Positions 1-13,242 of a DNA stretch of 64,000 nt are shown one piece after another (the first letter of the stretch is position 1; each line of letters starts with the position of its first letter). The DNA is from Macrostomum lignano (Eukaryota): assembly GCA_002269645.1 (NCBI GenBank), contig NIVC01000848.1, positions 1 through 64,000 on the forward strand. The letters run 5' to 3'. The notes below the pieces were generated by a model. That model saw nothing but the letters and a program-made list of their open reading frames with translations. It was not told the origin of the DNA and ran no database searches. The position numbers and the translations under genes are program-made.

Positions 1-65
1 GGACGAGAATCGAACCCCCGACCTTTCAGTCGTGAATCCGAAGCTCGAACCACTGGGCTACAACC
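1..65 (-). mobile_element. tRNA-derived SINE head (element runs off the left edge of the window)
   Basis: Minus strand GGTTGTAGCCCAGTGGTTCGAGC...GGGGGTTCGATTCTC has pol III A and B boxes; aligns ungapped at 48/60 nt with the SINE head at 57378-57319. Confidence 0.7.
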
Positions 66-2166
66 TAATAAAACACATGATCAGTTCAATCCCAAAAATG
101 GCACCGATCAGAGACAAAATGATCACGCCAGAAAATGGCACCATAAAGATAGAAGGAAAAAAGTGACACAAATGACACAAAATGGTCAAATAAGGATTTA
201 CTGACTCTTGCACGCGATAATGAGAGTTTCCAGCTTTTAGCCGGGCAATACTCGAACTGCCCGAACGAGTTTCTCATCTCTCCCCTATTTAACAGCCGGT
301 CAGTCCAGCCTTGCTGCTCCAGTTTCTCCCGCTGATAAAAATGACAGTTGCTGTCAAGAGCGAGCGGCAATGGGGGGAGTGAATGAGGAAGAGCGGGAGA
401 TCTGACGAGATAAAGGGCGCGGGACACGAGAGCTGACCATGCTCAGATGGGGAAGTTCCCCATAATTGAGGAGATGCTTGGCTAGCGTGAGGCGCAGGGA
501 CACAGAGAGAGACTGCAAAAGGAGATTTAGCGAAAGCCGAGTCCCAGCGCTATGCAGTTTAGAGATTTCAAAATTTATTGTTAAATGAAATGGTAATAAT
601 GTTGAATAACCGTTTATGCCTGTGTGTGCAGCGAGAAGCTCGGGTGCAGCTTCACCGGCTCGCGAATTAAACAAGCCGGTTTCATAAGCCCAATGATAAT
701 TGCTGGGGCCAAAGAGCCCCTGGCAGGGTTTTTAGACCGCCGGCTGCATGGGGCTCTCATCTCCGATTCTCAAGTCATAAATTGTTTTTCCGTGAACTGG
801 CCGCCGCCGAGCTGGTGGGCTGGGGCTCTCAGATGGCAGCAGAGACAAGACGAGAGAGGGAGGGGAGTGGGGAGAATAATGGGGGAGTTTTTGGGAGAGC
901 TGGATGGAGAGAGGGGGCCTGGGTGCGCACGAATAACTGCTGATGGATGAGGTCCAGAGGAGGCCCTCCAATTATCTCCCCAATTATCTTCTGCCTGTTG
1001 CTCCGGAGTGGCGCGCAGTGAGAGAGCTGGCTCAGTGTTTAAACAGCACTGGGACTGCATGAAAAACTCTTGGCCAGAGCCCAGATATAGTTTTGAGACA
1101 AATACAATATATCGAAGTATATAGTCCCCAGCCTCATATCGATAATGTAGCAGCATTTTTAACCGTTTTTTTATTGTGCCACCATTAGCATGGATGCCGT
1201 TTTACAGAGCAGACCCAACTCAGTGCTCAGTGTCCGGGCAAAAACGACCGATCACTCCCTTGAGGATTAGCTGGCCCAGCGTCTCCCAAACAACTCTCGC
1301 GCTCTCTCTCCATCTCTTGGGACTAATCACACGGGAGGCCGGCCACTCCCCATTCTCAGCTTGTGTTCGATCAATCAATTATTTTCAAGTTTATATCCTA
1401 CTGCACCGTGGAAGTTGCTGATCTTAATCGGTTCGGTCTTGAGCACACAGGCACATACAAGCCGAAGCCAAACTCAGCACAGTTATAGTAGCAAGGCAAA
1501 CCTAAGGTGCGTCCCCACTATATAATCTGTACACTTCCGGTTGCCTGCTGTCGGCCTGGCATCCCTTATTGACAACATTCGATGACTTTTTACGTCTAAG
1601 AGAGCCGTCCGTCGCATAGAGATGCGTGTGTGCTCAGAGCATGCAGAAGCAGTAGTTTTGTTTGTATCCGGGGGAGGGGGTGCACAGGGTTAACGCGCTC
1701 GTGGTAATTCGATATCGCTCCCGGTGAGCAAACATGTGGGAATGGCGCTAATCTATCGCTGATTCAGTTTTTAAAAACGATTTCCTCTCTCTATCTCAGC
1801 CTCAAGAAATTATCCTAAGCAATAAATTTGCAGTCACGCGCGCGAAAATTTAATAGAGTGACGTCACTCGATAATTCATATAGCAATCTTTGCTCAATGT
1901 TATTGACCGGCCCTGAAGCAGGGGGTGAGAAATACCTGTGCAGACAGGGAATTAAGAGATGTTTGCTCAAGTTTTCAGTCGGACACGGGCTGGTAGATAA
2001 GGTCTCGGTCATGCCGCTCGATAATAGCGCAGCTCAACTTTAATCTTTAATAGCCTGGGCTATAAAACTAAGAGAAACAGAAGCTGCACAACCAGAGAAG
2101 TAGACAGATTTTGTGGAGAGGGAGACAGAGAAGTAGACAATAATCGAATGCAATTTAAAAGCTTAC

Positions 2167-2201
2167 CTGCTGACCCGCTGGCAACCGGCTCCGTGGCTCA
2201 T
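2167..2201 (-). CDS. possible short first coding exon (MSHGAGCQRVS) of a gene continuing leftwards
   Basis: GCCTACC-ATG followed by 35 nt and a strong donor CAG|GTAAGC; no downstream exon or homology recognised. Confidence 0.25.
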
Positions 2202-2704
2202 GGTAGGCAAAAAAACTCTCTAGCTCAGCCGAAAAAGTGCTTATTGCTTATTTAAATCTGGCGGGTGACTAACGCAAAATTAAAGTCGACAGAGCGAGCG
2301 CAGAGTTTGCTCAGGTGTTGAAATAGGGGTGCTCAGGATTTTCCAGTTTTGAGTTGGGCTCCGCCACTTTTGGGAGAATTATTCCTCCTGAGCTCCCCCA
2401 CCCCCAGCCCCGGTGATCCCATCCAACCGCGGGGCGTCTGCCCTGCCAGAATGAGTAGCTTACTGAGCACGAGGGGAGAGTGTGAGGGAAGAATTAGTCG
2501 GTGGGGATCTGGCTTAACGGAGGCCGGCCGCTGCGGCGGCGGAGGCGGCTGGCTTGATGCGGGAGCTCTCCTATTGGAGGGAGGCTGGAGGGACGGATGA
2601 AGCGCCGATATAATTTTCCCACCGGCTAATCTATCCAAGGATACAGCAATCTGCTTCTAGCTCCTTCCCCAAAAGGCCTTTGTAGATGCATCCCGGCAGT
2701 TTCC

Positions 2705-3210
2705 TGGCTCTGGAGAATGGGGAATGGCGCTGGAGAATGGGGAATGGCACAGGGATCAGTGGAATGGCACAGAAGATCTGGGGAATGGCACAGGGGATCT
2801 GGGGAATGGAACAGGGATCAGGAAAATGGCACAGGGATTTGTGTAAGGTCACAGGGGTCTGGGGAACGGCACAGGGGCCTGAGAATGGCACAGGGATTTG
2901 TGTAAGGTCAAAGGGATCTGGAAAGTGGCACAGGTGTCTGGGAATGGCACAGGGATCAGGAAAATGGAACAGGGATCAGGAAAATGGCACAGGGATCAGG
3001 GGAATGGCACAGGGAATCTGGGGAATGGCACAGGGATCTGGAGAATGGCACAGGGATCTGGAAAATGGCACAGGGTATCTGGAGAATGGCACAGGGATCA
3101 GGGGAATGGCACAGGGATCTGGAGAATGGTACAGGTGTCTAGGGAATAGCAGAGGGGATCTGGAGAATGGCACAGGGATCAGGGGAATGGCACAAGGATC
3201 TGAGGAGTGA
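2705..3210. repeat. minisatellite, 20-21 bp unit GGAATGGCACAGGGATCTGG(A)
   Basis: Directly visible tandem copies; explains the GMAQGS/ENGTG repeat ORFs. Confidence 0.9.
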
Positions 3211-3889
3211 CAGGAATGACAACTTGCTGAAACAATTAACAAACCAATAATTATACATTGATAACGCTACAGGGGGGGGGGCAAAAATAGCTGATATCTG
3301 CTGGAGAGCATTTCCTGTAGGAGGAGTTGCTCCCAGTTTTCTGGCCGCCTGACGCCATTCTTCACGAATTTCAGGAAGTAATAAAATAATTATGGATTTG
3401 ACGAATGCCCAAGGCCAAGACGGTCCGGGATCTGGGTCGCTAACGGCTTTCAACCCCACCCTCCTAACAAAGATTTCGAATACCTTTTGTCATATCCATA
3501 TTTATTTTTCGGCCGAATCAGCAAGCTTCGCTTCAAACAGCGGCAATTTGGATAAAAATTATTTTTATAATTTTTTTCACAACCTATAAACCGCTAGGGA
3601 GTCTAGATTTTTTATTCTGTTTTATATTGTTGCATATTCCTTCTAGCTGCAGCTTTGCTGGAATTACCGGAAGCAGCATGGGATCGAGTCGTGACGAAAA
3701 TCATAAATCAGAGAAGCCTGTTTTAGCAGAAATTCGACAGGGGACCATGGAAGAAATTATTGGATTTTATTTACGAATGCTTTCTGTCCCAAACAGCCTA
3801 CTTTCAGTAAAAAGATAAGTGCTAATCGCTGAAAATAGCAAAAAAATTTCCAAAACAGTTCTCATACTCATTTTTTTCTCCGTATTTCT

Positions 3890-4205
3890 CATTCTCATGT
3901 ACATGAATTCTCATCTTTATTCTCATGTACATGAATTCTCATCTTTATTCTCATATACCTGAATTCTCATCTTTATTCCATATACATGAATTCTCATCTC
4001 ATTCTCATGTACATGAATTCTCATCTTTATTCTCATATACATGAATTCTCATCCTTATTCTCATATACCTGAATTCTCATCTTATTCTCATATACATGAA
4101 TTCTCATCCTTATTCTCATATACATGAATTCTCATCTTATTCTCATATACATATACATGAATTCTCATTCTTATTCTCAAATACCTGAATTCTCACCCTC
4201 ATTCT
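3890..4205. repeat. minisatellite, 28 bp unit CATGAATTCTCATCTTTATTCTCATGTA
   Basis: Period 28 measured (3902 to 3930). Confidence 0.9.
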
Positions 4206-4997
4206 CATTTACCAGAGTTCTGATCCTTATTTACCAGCAGTCCCAAATCGGTCATTAAACAAAGACACAACCAGAAGCCCTGTTGTTGTGTAAAAAAAAT
4301 AATAAAGTCCATAACAGGCGCAAGCAGTTGTTTAACAGGACATGAAAGAGGCAAATAAACAAATCGACGTAATGCCAAGCCTTGTTCTAACAATAGTTTA
4401 TTCACGTATTCAGAATTTTACAATTAATTATATGCATATTTATGTGAGTAAACGCTTGAAACCTTATGAACAGAACATATTACTATATTATAAATATGCA
4501 TTTGTACAACATATTAATAGGCGAGTGCATATGGTTACGGCATGGTTAACAGATAGGGAGCATAAATAACAAGGATATAACATAGATAAATAAAGTGGGA
4601 TATTAGCCCAAACAGGAGTTTAATCTAACAAGACAGCTGACCAAAATTCTAATAGGCAGAACTTTATTACACTAAGCAACAAATGGGCACTTTGAATTGA
4701 ATTAAACATTAACAAAAAACAGAAACTGTCCGCATTTTACTACTGACAGACAGCAGTAGTATAGTAGAGATCGCAATACATTATTGTATTACAATATGGA
4801 CACGAGACACGGGGAGTTTAAATACGCTTAAAAGTGGGAAGTTAAGAGCGGACTCGGAGCGGGTTTTAACAACCAGAAGAAGACTGAAGGGGAAATGGCG
4901 AGTACAAAGGAAAGACTGCGTCAAACTTGAACAGGATTAGTAATTGAGAATTTAACGCAACTGCTCATAAATTGTCTCAAACTGTGAGTGCAAGCAG

Positions 4998-5999
4998 CTA
5001 TGCGGCCGATTTGCTCGCACTGTCCGAAGTTGATGGTGCATCATCCGCTGTTGCCAAGGCGCCCGACTGCTGCTGCTGCTGCTGATTGTCGGAGCCGGCA
5101 GCGTCGGAATCGGCGGCGGCGGCAGCGCCAGGCAGCAGGGCCTCCAGATTCAGCTGGTCCAGCGCCGCTCCGTAGGCCTTGGCAGCGTCAGGCACGCCTG
5201 CGGCGGCCAGCCGGGCCACAGCGGCCAGCAGAGCGGGCGATCGGTCCGGCCAGACGGAGGCCAGCTCGGGCAGGCAGGCCAGCAGCTGGGCACGGGCGCC
5301 GGGATCAGCGCCAGGCTGCAGATGTCGCAGCACCGCCGCTGCCGCAGCCGCATGTTCGGACGAATCGACGTCGGAGCCGCCGCGTCGCGCCTGCCTGAGC
5401 AACAGCGTCAGAGCCGGGCCGCGGACCTCCGGACAGGCGTCGCCAATAAGCCGTTCGATGTCGCCGACAAAGCTGTCCAGCAGGTCCGGCCGGCGTCTGG
5501 TCTTGTCTTCCAGCTCGCGGAGTGCGTCGGTCAGGTCGGCCAGATTGTCCAGCTGGCGAAGCCGCTTGCGACAGTTGGCGATCAGGCTGTGCGACCAGCT
5601 GTGCCGGCCAGCTGATGCTGCGTCGGAGGCTGGAGCGGCGCCGAAGTCTAACACGTCGTCCTGGTAATCGGCGTCGCTATCCAGCCGACTGTCGATAGAT
5701 TCGTCGTCGATGTCGCCGCTAGCGGTCAGGGCGGTCAGCTCCGGCAGCGAGTCGGTCAGATCCGACGGCAGCGAGGTGAGCTGAGGTCGCAGGCTGGCGA
5801 GAAGCCGGCGAGCCGGCCGCGGCGCCGCTGAAACGTAGGCGCAGAGTAGTAGCGCCAGCTTGGCGCCCAGCGGTATTAGGGCCACACGGGCATTGTCGCG
5901 GTAGCGATGAAGGGCCCGGGCGTAGCTAGACAGAATGGCGTCCACGGCTGGCCTGGTGGTATCGGACTGGTACAGCCGGGGGCCCAGGTGCTCCAGCAC
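4998..5999 (-). CDS. INTS1: Integrator complex subunit 1, last coding exon
   Basis: Acceptor TCCTCAG|GTG, phase 0; VLEHLGPRLY and LRELEDKTRRRPDLLDSF...LDQLNLEALL match the INTS1 C-terminus; TAG stop at 5000-4998. Confidence 0.9.
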   Translation of the reverse strand: MLEHLGPRLYQSDTTRPAVDAILSSYARALHRYRDNARVALIPLGAKLALLLCAYVSAAPRPARRLLASLRPQLTSLPSDLTDSLPELTALTASGDIDDESIDSRLDSDADYQDDVLDFGAAPASDAASAGRHSWSHSLIANCRKRLRQLDNLADLTDALRELEDKTRRRPDLLDSFVGDIERLIGDACPEVRGPALTLLLRQARRGGSDVDSSEHAAAAAAVLRHLQPGADPGARAQLLACLPELASVWPDRSPALLAAVARLAAAGVPDAAKAYGAALDQLNLEALLPGAAAAADSDAAGSDNQQQQQQSGALATADDAPSTSDSASKSAA

Positions 6000-6119
6000 C
6001 TGAGGATTGCGAAAATGTAAAATGCGCGATTGAAAAATAGCTCGAAGCTTGCAGCAAACTACGATTCTAAGAAATAATGTAGTCTTTGTTTACAGGTGTT
6101 ACTCACTTTTATCGCTTTA

Positions 6120-6705
6120 TAGGTGTACAGATCCCAATACACCCCAGATTAGACACAGGTGCACAGAACCCAATACACCCCAGATTAGAAAGGTGTACAG
6201 ATCCTAACACACCCCAGATTAGACACAGGTGCACAGATCCCAATACACCCCAGATTAGACACAGGTGTACAGATCCCAATACACCCCAGATTAGACACAG
6301 GTGTACAGATCCCAACACACCCCAGATTAGACACAGGTGTACAGATCCCAACACACCCCAGATTAGACACAGGTGTACAGATCCCAATACACTCCAGATT
6401 AGACACAGGTGCACAGATCCCAACACACCCCAGATTAGACACAGGTGCACAGATCCCAATACACCCCAGATTAGACACAGGTGTACAGATCTTAATACAC
6501 TCCAGATTAGACACAGGTGAACAGATCCCAATACACCCTAGATTAGACACAGGTGTACAGATCCCAATACACCCCAGATTAGACACAGGTGTACAGATCC
6601 CAACACACCCCAGATTAGACACAGGTGTACAGATCCCAACACACCCCAGATTAGACACGGGTGTACAGATCCCAACACACCCCAGATTAGACACAGGTGC
6701 ACAGT
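6120..6705. repeat. 36 bp intronic minisatellite CAGATTAGACACAGGTGTACAGATCCCAATACACCC (last INTS1 intron)
   Basis: Period 36 (6251 to 6287), about 16 copies; same unit as arrays at 10.8 kb and 13.9 kb. Confidence 0.95.
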
Positions 6706-6750
6706 GCCTGAAGTGAATCTTAACAATTGAACACCTGAAGCTGAACCTAC

Positions 6751-9423
6751 CTGAACCAAGCAGCCAAACATGGCGAGTGGTCCTTGCCAGCGGAACTCGG
6801 TCCAGGGCAGCAGATAGCGGCCGCTGAGCAGAGCGGCAGCAACGGGCAGTATTGGGGGCAGCAGTCTGGGATGCCTGGCAGCCAGTATACGGCAGGCTGT
6901 AGCGCTGACAGCTTGAGTAGACTCGCATTGGCTGCCGATGCCAGCGAGGACCCGGTGCCCGTAGGCTAGCACAGCATCGCCAGGCTGCAAGATCCGCTGC
7001 TCACCAGACTCGCCAGATGGCGGGCCCAGCATCGGCAGGCGGCAGTACAGCGCCAGGCGGAGTCGTCGTGCACCGGCTGAACTGCGACTGGCCGCGGTCA
7101 GCCAGCGGACGAGAGCCCTGGCGCTGGGACGGCCGCCACTGCCGGCAGACGACGGCGGGGCAATCAGGGCGGCAATGTCGACATTCTCTTCGGCGCACTC
7201 GTCTGCTAGCTGGGCGCAGATCAGGTCGGCCCGGCGCTCGATTTGATCAGCAGAGGGAGAGCCGGAGTCGGCCTCTCTGACAGCCAGCTGAGCCAGGCGC
7301 AGCAGCTCTGCCGTGCTGGCCCGCATCGGCGGAGGCGGCGGCAGCGCCTTGCTGCCGTGGTCGCCAGGCAGGAGCAGCCGGGGATGCCGCTGGCAGGCCT
7401 GATAGGCGTCTAACAACAGGCCGGCATCGGTCGATAATTTCATTTCCGCATCGGCCAGGACGCTTTGAACTGTCCGAGGCAGCTCGGCCAGATCCGACCG
7501 GTGCAGTAGCAGAGCGGCAACGTAGCGATTGGCTGAGCCCTGACGACAGCTCTGTTGAGCAAACACCTCGCTAGCCCGCGGGAAAGCCGGATCGGCCAGG
7601 CACAGATAGTCCATAGCGGCGCCGTTGATTTGGCCTTGGCCGGCTGCACCGCTGAGGCACAACTGGCGCAGCTCGTCCAGACTCTGGTCGGCTGGGTCCG
7701 CAGTCGATGGCAGCAGCAGCGATGATTTGGCGTCAACGCCGAGCAGGCTGAGCAGGGTCTGTCTGGCCGCACTATCCTGCGGCAGCCGATCGGCCAAGTC
7801 CTTGGCCATCCGGCCGGCGTGGCCAGGCGGGAACAGCTTGGCAAACAGCGGCCCGGCCAGCCACTGCTGACTGGCCAGCGACTGGGCAAAGGAGCTCGCC
7901 GATGACGACGATCCCGATGTCGGTAGTAGTCGGCGACGGAGCTGCTCCCGACATGCGGCGGCGAAGGATGGATCGGAGCCGGCTCGTTGAAGCAGCTGGC
8001 GGACTCGAACTCGGGACGCCCGGCGGCCGAGTTCAACAAGTGCGGGCAAATCCTCGGGCTTGACGCTGGCGCGGTGGTGCTGCTCGACGCCGGATGCTTT
8101 TGCAGTGCCAACAGCGGCGGCAGGTGCCGGTACAGTCCAGCTGAATATGCCCGGCTGGCAGCTGTCAATCTCCATGGCACTACTATGAGTAGCGGCAGCG
8201 GCAGTCTTACCGTCGGCCAGTTGAATCAGCAGGCGAACGCCCGGCTGGTCATCGCCGAGCCCGAGACGCCTGGCGCACTGCAGCAGGCGCAGCCAGGGCA
8301 CCGGGGCGGAGGGCCCGACTGCCCAGCTGGCCGGGCTGCCAGACGGACCGGACGCGAGTTCGGCCAGCCTGGCCAGCAGGGCGGACACGGAGCCGGCCGG
8401 CCAGGCCTCGCTAACGCCGGACAGCAGCCTGGCTAGTAGCGGCGGGCCGGTTCGCGAGGCGGCCAGACTGGCCAGACGGCTGTCGGCGCTGCGGGCCAGG
8501 CGGGCGAGCACGGTCTCGGGCATGACTAGGCTGTCGCATCCGTTAGCCAGGCGCTTGCCTCCGCCGCTGTCCGGCAGCCAGGCGGCGATGAGTCGGGATC
8601 GATAAGGCTCAGCGTCCGGGCCGAGATCGAGCGACAGCATCAGCAGGTGGCTGAGCAGCAGCCGAGGCGACACGGGAACCGGCTGGCCGGCCGGTTTGCC
8701 CAGTGGAACCAACAGTGGCGCTTCGCCGTCCTCCTCTGGCCAGGGCTGCAGCAATGCCGGCCTGTCAACAGAGGCGGCGAAGGCGCGCAGAGCCAGCAGG
8801 GCGGCGGGCCGGTGCGAGGCGGCCAACCGGCTGACGGTGAGCGGCCGGAGCAGCACCAGCTTGGCCAGGTTGTTCAGGTAGGCCAGGGCAAGTCGGTCAA
8901 TATTGGCAAGGCGACTTTCCAGTAGGTGCCGAGTGAGGAAGGCGATGTAGGCGCCGAGGGCCCTGGGGCAGGTCTCCTGAGCGATGCAGTCCACTAACTG
9001 GCCAGCTAGAAATGCCAGCAGGCGGGGAAACAGCGGCAGTCTAGGCAGCCGGTCCAGCAGCCAGTGCTCCGCGCCGTTGTCTTCCACTACTGACGATGAC
9101 GTCTGCGCCTGCGGCGCCAGAATCAGCGCCAGACAGTCGGCGGCTGTGGCCCGGATGGTGGCAGACTTTGCTCGCAATCGAATCATAAAGTAGGACAGCA
9201 GTTGTCGGACATCCGTTAGAACCTCTTCGCTGGCATCAGCGGCACTGTTGGCTAGGGAGGCCAGTCGATATAGCAGCTGCTGCCGCCGGTCTGTGCTCTG
9301 GCCAACGTGAGCCAGCAGGATCTCGGCTAGGCACTGCACGGGCAGGATCGACAGGCTCTGATTGCCCAAGTTGTCTACTAGGTGCACTAGCCACTGCTGG
9401 CTGGCGCTGGCCCGGCTGAACAC
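6751..9423 (-). CDS. INTS1: Integrator complex subunit 1, large internal exon (2673 nt)
   Basis: Acceptor AACTGCAG|GTG, donor CAG|GTAGGT, phases 0/0; LPVQCLAEILL, ARHPRLL and LLSGRYLLPWTEFR match INTS1 motifs. Confidence 0.9.
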
Positions 9424-9494
9424 CTGCAGTTGGCGGCGGGGAATGGGCAGAGATTGGGTTATGACTAGTGACGGTTTGAGCGACAATAGCGACG

Positions 9495-10295
9495 TTGCAT
9501 GACCGACACATGCATCAATAACATGACCGCCATTCCTCAGCAACATGACCAACATATTCAGCGACATGACCGACACATGCATCAATAACATGACCGCCAT
9601 TCCTCAGCAACATGACCAACATATTCAGCGACATGACCGACACATGCATCAATAACATGACCGCCATTCCTCAGCAACATGACCAACATATTCAGCGACA
9701 TGACCGACATATTCCTCAGCAAAATGACCGACATATTCCTCAGCAAAATGACCGACATATTCCTCAGCAAAATGACCGACATATTCATCAACAACATGAC
9801 CGACATTCAGCAACATGACCGACATATTCTTCGACAACATGACCGACATATTCATCAGCAACATGACCGACATATTCATCAACAACATGACCGACATATT
9901 CATCAGCAACATGACCGACACATTCATCAGCAACATGACCGACACATTCATCAGCAACATGACCGACACATTTATCAACAGCATGACCGACATATTTATC
10001 AACAACATGACCGACATATTCATCAGCAACATGACCGACACATTCATCAACAGCATGACCGACATATTTATCAACAACATGACCGACATATTCATCAGCA
10101 ACATGACCGACACATTCATCAACAGCATGACCGACATATTTATCAACAACATGACCGACATATTCATCAGCAACATGACCGACACATTCATCAACAGCAT
10201 GACCGACATATTTATCAACAACATAACCGACATATTCATCAGCAACATGACCGACATATTCATCAGCAACATGACCGACACATTCATCAACAGCA
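9495..10295. repeat. intronic minisatellite: 24 bp unit CATCAGCAACATGACCGACATATT plus about three copies of a composite ~66 bp unit
   Basis: Directly visible; fills INTS1 intron 10310-9424. Confidence 0.9.
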
Positions 10296-10310
10296 TAACT
10301 AACAACTTAC

Positions 10311-10668
10311 CTGTATAAGATCCAACAGGAAGTCGGGATCTCTGGACCGGCACAGACGCAATCCAATGCCGTACTGTGCATTGAGCTTGCGCAGCTGGTC
10401 AATAGCCCAGGCGGGTGGCTGCCTGGCTGGTCCGCAGGGCGCGCAGTCCATCAGCCAGCCGAGCAGCCTAGAGCTGGCCTCGGTGATGTCGGTGCCAGCC
10501 AGCTGCATCTCCAGTCTAACAACGCCAGTTTTCTCAGTTTCAAGAGCGCGCAATTCGCGCATTCGAACGGCATCGGCGCTGAGGCCCTCGCGGAGGAGCA
10601 GAGACTGACAAGGGAACTCGTACATACAGGTCATCACCATCTCTAGTAGGCAGCGCACTGTTGGGTAC
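10311..10668 (-). CDS. INTS1: Integrator complex subunit 1, internal exon
   Basis: Acceptor CATGCAG|G, donor CAG|GTAAGT; YPTVRCLLEMVMT and LCRSRDPDFLLDLIQ match INTS1 (YPTLKMLMEMVMT, LCRSRNPDFLLHIIQ). Confidence 0.92.
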
Positions 10669-10784
10669 CTGCATGGTTCGGCAACAGGTCAGATTCAAGT
10701 TACCATCGGTAAGTACTTAGCAACGATCCCATGCAGTGCGGAAAACACTTATGCTACTAGGATATTACACACTAGATTACGCCC

Positions 10785-11380
10785 TAGATTAGACACAGGT
10801 GTACAGATCCCAATACACCCCAGATTAGACACAGGTGTACAGATCCCAATACACTCCAGATTAGACACAGGTGTACAGATCCCAATACACCCCAGATTAG
10901 ACACAGGTGTACAGATCCCAATACACCCCAGATTAGACACAGGTGTACAGATCCCAACACACCCCAGATTAGACACAGGTGTACAGATCCCAACACACCC
11001 CAGATTAGACACAGGTGTACAGATCCCAATACACTCCAGATTAGACACAGGTGTACAGATCCCAATACACCCCAGATTAGACACAGGTGTACAGATCCCA
11101 ACACACCCCAGATTAGACACAGGTGTACAGATCCCAACACACCTCAGATTAGACACAGGTGTACAGATCCCAATACACCCCAGATTAGACACAGGTGTAC
11201 AGATCCCAATACACCCCAGATTAGACACAGGTGTACAGATCCCAACACACCCCAGATTAGACACAGGTGTACAGATCCCAATACACCCCAGATTAGACAC
11301 AGGTGTACAGATCCCAATACACCCCAGATTAGACACAGGTGCACAGATCCCAATACACCCCAGATAAGACACAGGTGCAC
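10785..11380. repeat. 36 bp intronic minisatellite (same unit as 6120-6705)
   Basis: About 16 near-identical copies, same orientation. Confidence 0.95.
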
Positions 11381-11417
11381 CGATGACAACAGCACAATCA
11401 GAAGTAAATGCACGCAC

Positions 11418-12113
11418 CTATCCCAGACCAGCCGGCCCAACGTATCGGGATTAAAGGCGGCCAGAAAGACCAGCGCCAGCGATGCAGACCAATAAGCCGG
11501 GGCGGAGGCGAACGCGGAGCCGCCAGCCAACAGCCGATCGTCCGGCTGCTGATAGATGCAGGCATCGAACAGGCTCTGAGCAACGTCGGGCCCGGCCGGA
11601 GCCGGACAGCAGTCGGACGAGACCAGCGCAGCGGCGGAACGGAACACCAAGTCGGAGGCCAGGTTAAGAGCTTCGAACGTCGGCTGTACCAGCCGGTCGA
11701 TGCCCAGGCGCAGTGCGGCTGTAATGGTATCGCTGTGCAGCGGCACCTCGGAGCAGAGCCGCAGCACCAGCTGCCTGTCCTGCTCAGGTGGCCAGTGGTC
11801 TGCCGGATGGTCCCAGCTGGCTGGCGGAGTCTCCGGCGGAGCAGGGTCGGGCACCGGCAGGAAGCAGGCCCGCCTGGCGAACAGGCTAAGCAGGGACGGC
11901 GGCAGTTGATCTTTTGGAAGCAGATTGGGCAGCCCGACAGCTAGCCAGTGCAGGGCTAGGCGGTGCAGCTTGGCCACGGTGGCGTAGTGCCGAGTGAGGG
12001 CCGGCGCTGGCTCGTCCGACTCTCGTCTGCGCGCGACAGCCTCACGCACTGCCGGCTGGGCGGCGCTGACCATCTGGCAGACGCAGAGCAGGTCTAGAAG
12101 GCTCTCAGCGTAT
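11418..12113 (-). CDS. INTS1: Integrator complex subunit 1, internal exon
   Basis: Acceptor CTCCCAG|A, donor AG|GTGCGT, phases 2/2; WPPEQDRQLVLRLCSEVPL and AAFNPDTLG match INTS1. Confidence 0.92.
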
Positions 12114-12244
12114 CTGGGAGTCGACGGTGGATGGGTTGAACGTTGAAATACAGAGCAAAATCTTAAGCAGTTGAATGAGACGGCCCTTAATAGCACTTAA
12201 CACCCGCCAGACCCAGACCACAATATCATCTACCTGTCCTCTGT

Positions 12245-13190
12245 CACCTCAGAGAACCCACACCACCACCAGGTTCCTCAGAGAACGCGCACCACTATCA
12301 GGTTCTTCAGAGAACCCACACCAACACAAGGTTCCTCAGAGAACGCGCACCACTATCAGGTTCTTCAGAGAACCCACACCACCACTAGGTTTCTCAGAGA
12401 ACCCACACCACCACCAGGTTCTTCAGAGAACCCACACCACCACCAGGTTCTTCAGAGAACCCACACCACCACTAGGTTTCTCAGAGAACCCACACCACCA
12501 CCAGGTTCTTCAGAGAACCCACACCACCACCAGGTTCTTCAGAGAACCCACACCACCACCAGGTTCCTCAGAGAACCCACACCACCACCAGGTTCTTCAG
12601 AGAACCCACACCGCCACCAGGTTCCTCAGAGAACGCGCACCACTATCAGGTTCTTCAGAGAACCCACACCACCACCAGGTTTCTCAGATAACCACACCAC
12701 TATCAGGTTCTTCAGAGAACCCACACCACCACCAGGTTGCTCAGAGAACGCGCACCACTATCAGGTTCTTCAGAGAACCCACACCACCACTAGGTTTCTC
12801 AGAGAACCCACACCACCACTAGGTTTCTCAGAGAACCCACACCACCACCAGGTTCTTCAGAGAACCCACACCACCACCAGGTTCTTCAGAGAACCCACAC
12901 CACCACCAGGTTTCTCAGATAACCACACGACCACCAGATTCTTCAGAGAGCGCACAACACCACCAGGTTTCTGAGAGAACCCCCATCACCACCAGGTTTC
13001 TCAGATAACCACACCACTATCAGGTTCTTCAGAGAACCCACACCACCACCAGGTTCCTCAGAGAACGCGCACCACTATCAGGTTCTTCAGAGAACCCACA
13101 CCACCACCAGGTTTCTCAGATAACCACACGACCACCAGGTTCTTCAGAGAGCCCACAACACCACCAGGTTTCTCAGAGACACCACAACAC
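12245..13190. repeat. 29 bp intronic minisatellite CAGAGAACCCACACCACCACCAGGTTCTT
   Basis: Period 29 (12482 to 12511), about 32 copies. Confidence 0.92.
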
Positions 13191-13242
13191 CAACTGCGCC
13201 TTAAAAAACTACACTGCCTACTCTGCCTCTTCCAGAACTCAC

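Noticed and set aside
1-65. tRNA gene (also at 57311-57378)
   Set aside because: Irregular anticodon arm and no clean acceptor-stem closure; the second copy continues into a CORE-like body, so these are SINE heads rather than tRNAs.
6120-6705. 36-bp hairpin repeats resembling a CRISPR array
   Set aside because: Units are head-to-tail with no unique spacers, there are no cas genes, and they lie in spliceosomal introns of a eukaryotic gene.
4988-8925. Multiple plus-strand and off-frame ORFs overlapping INTS1 (likewise over HMX and Scm exons)
   Set aside because: Shadow ORFs of GC-rich coding exons with no independent motifs or splice support.
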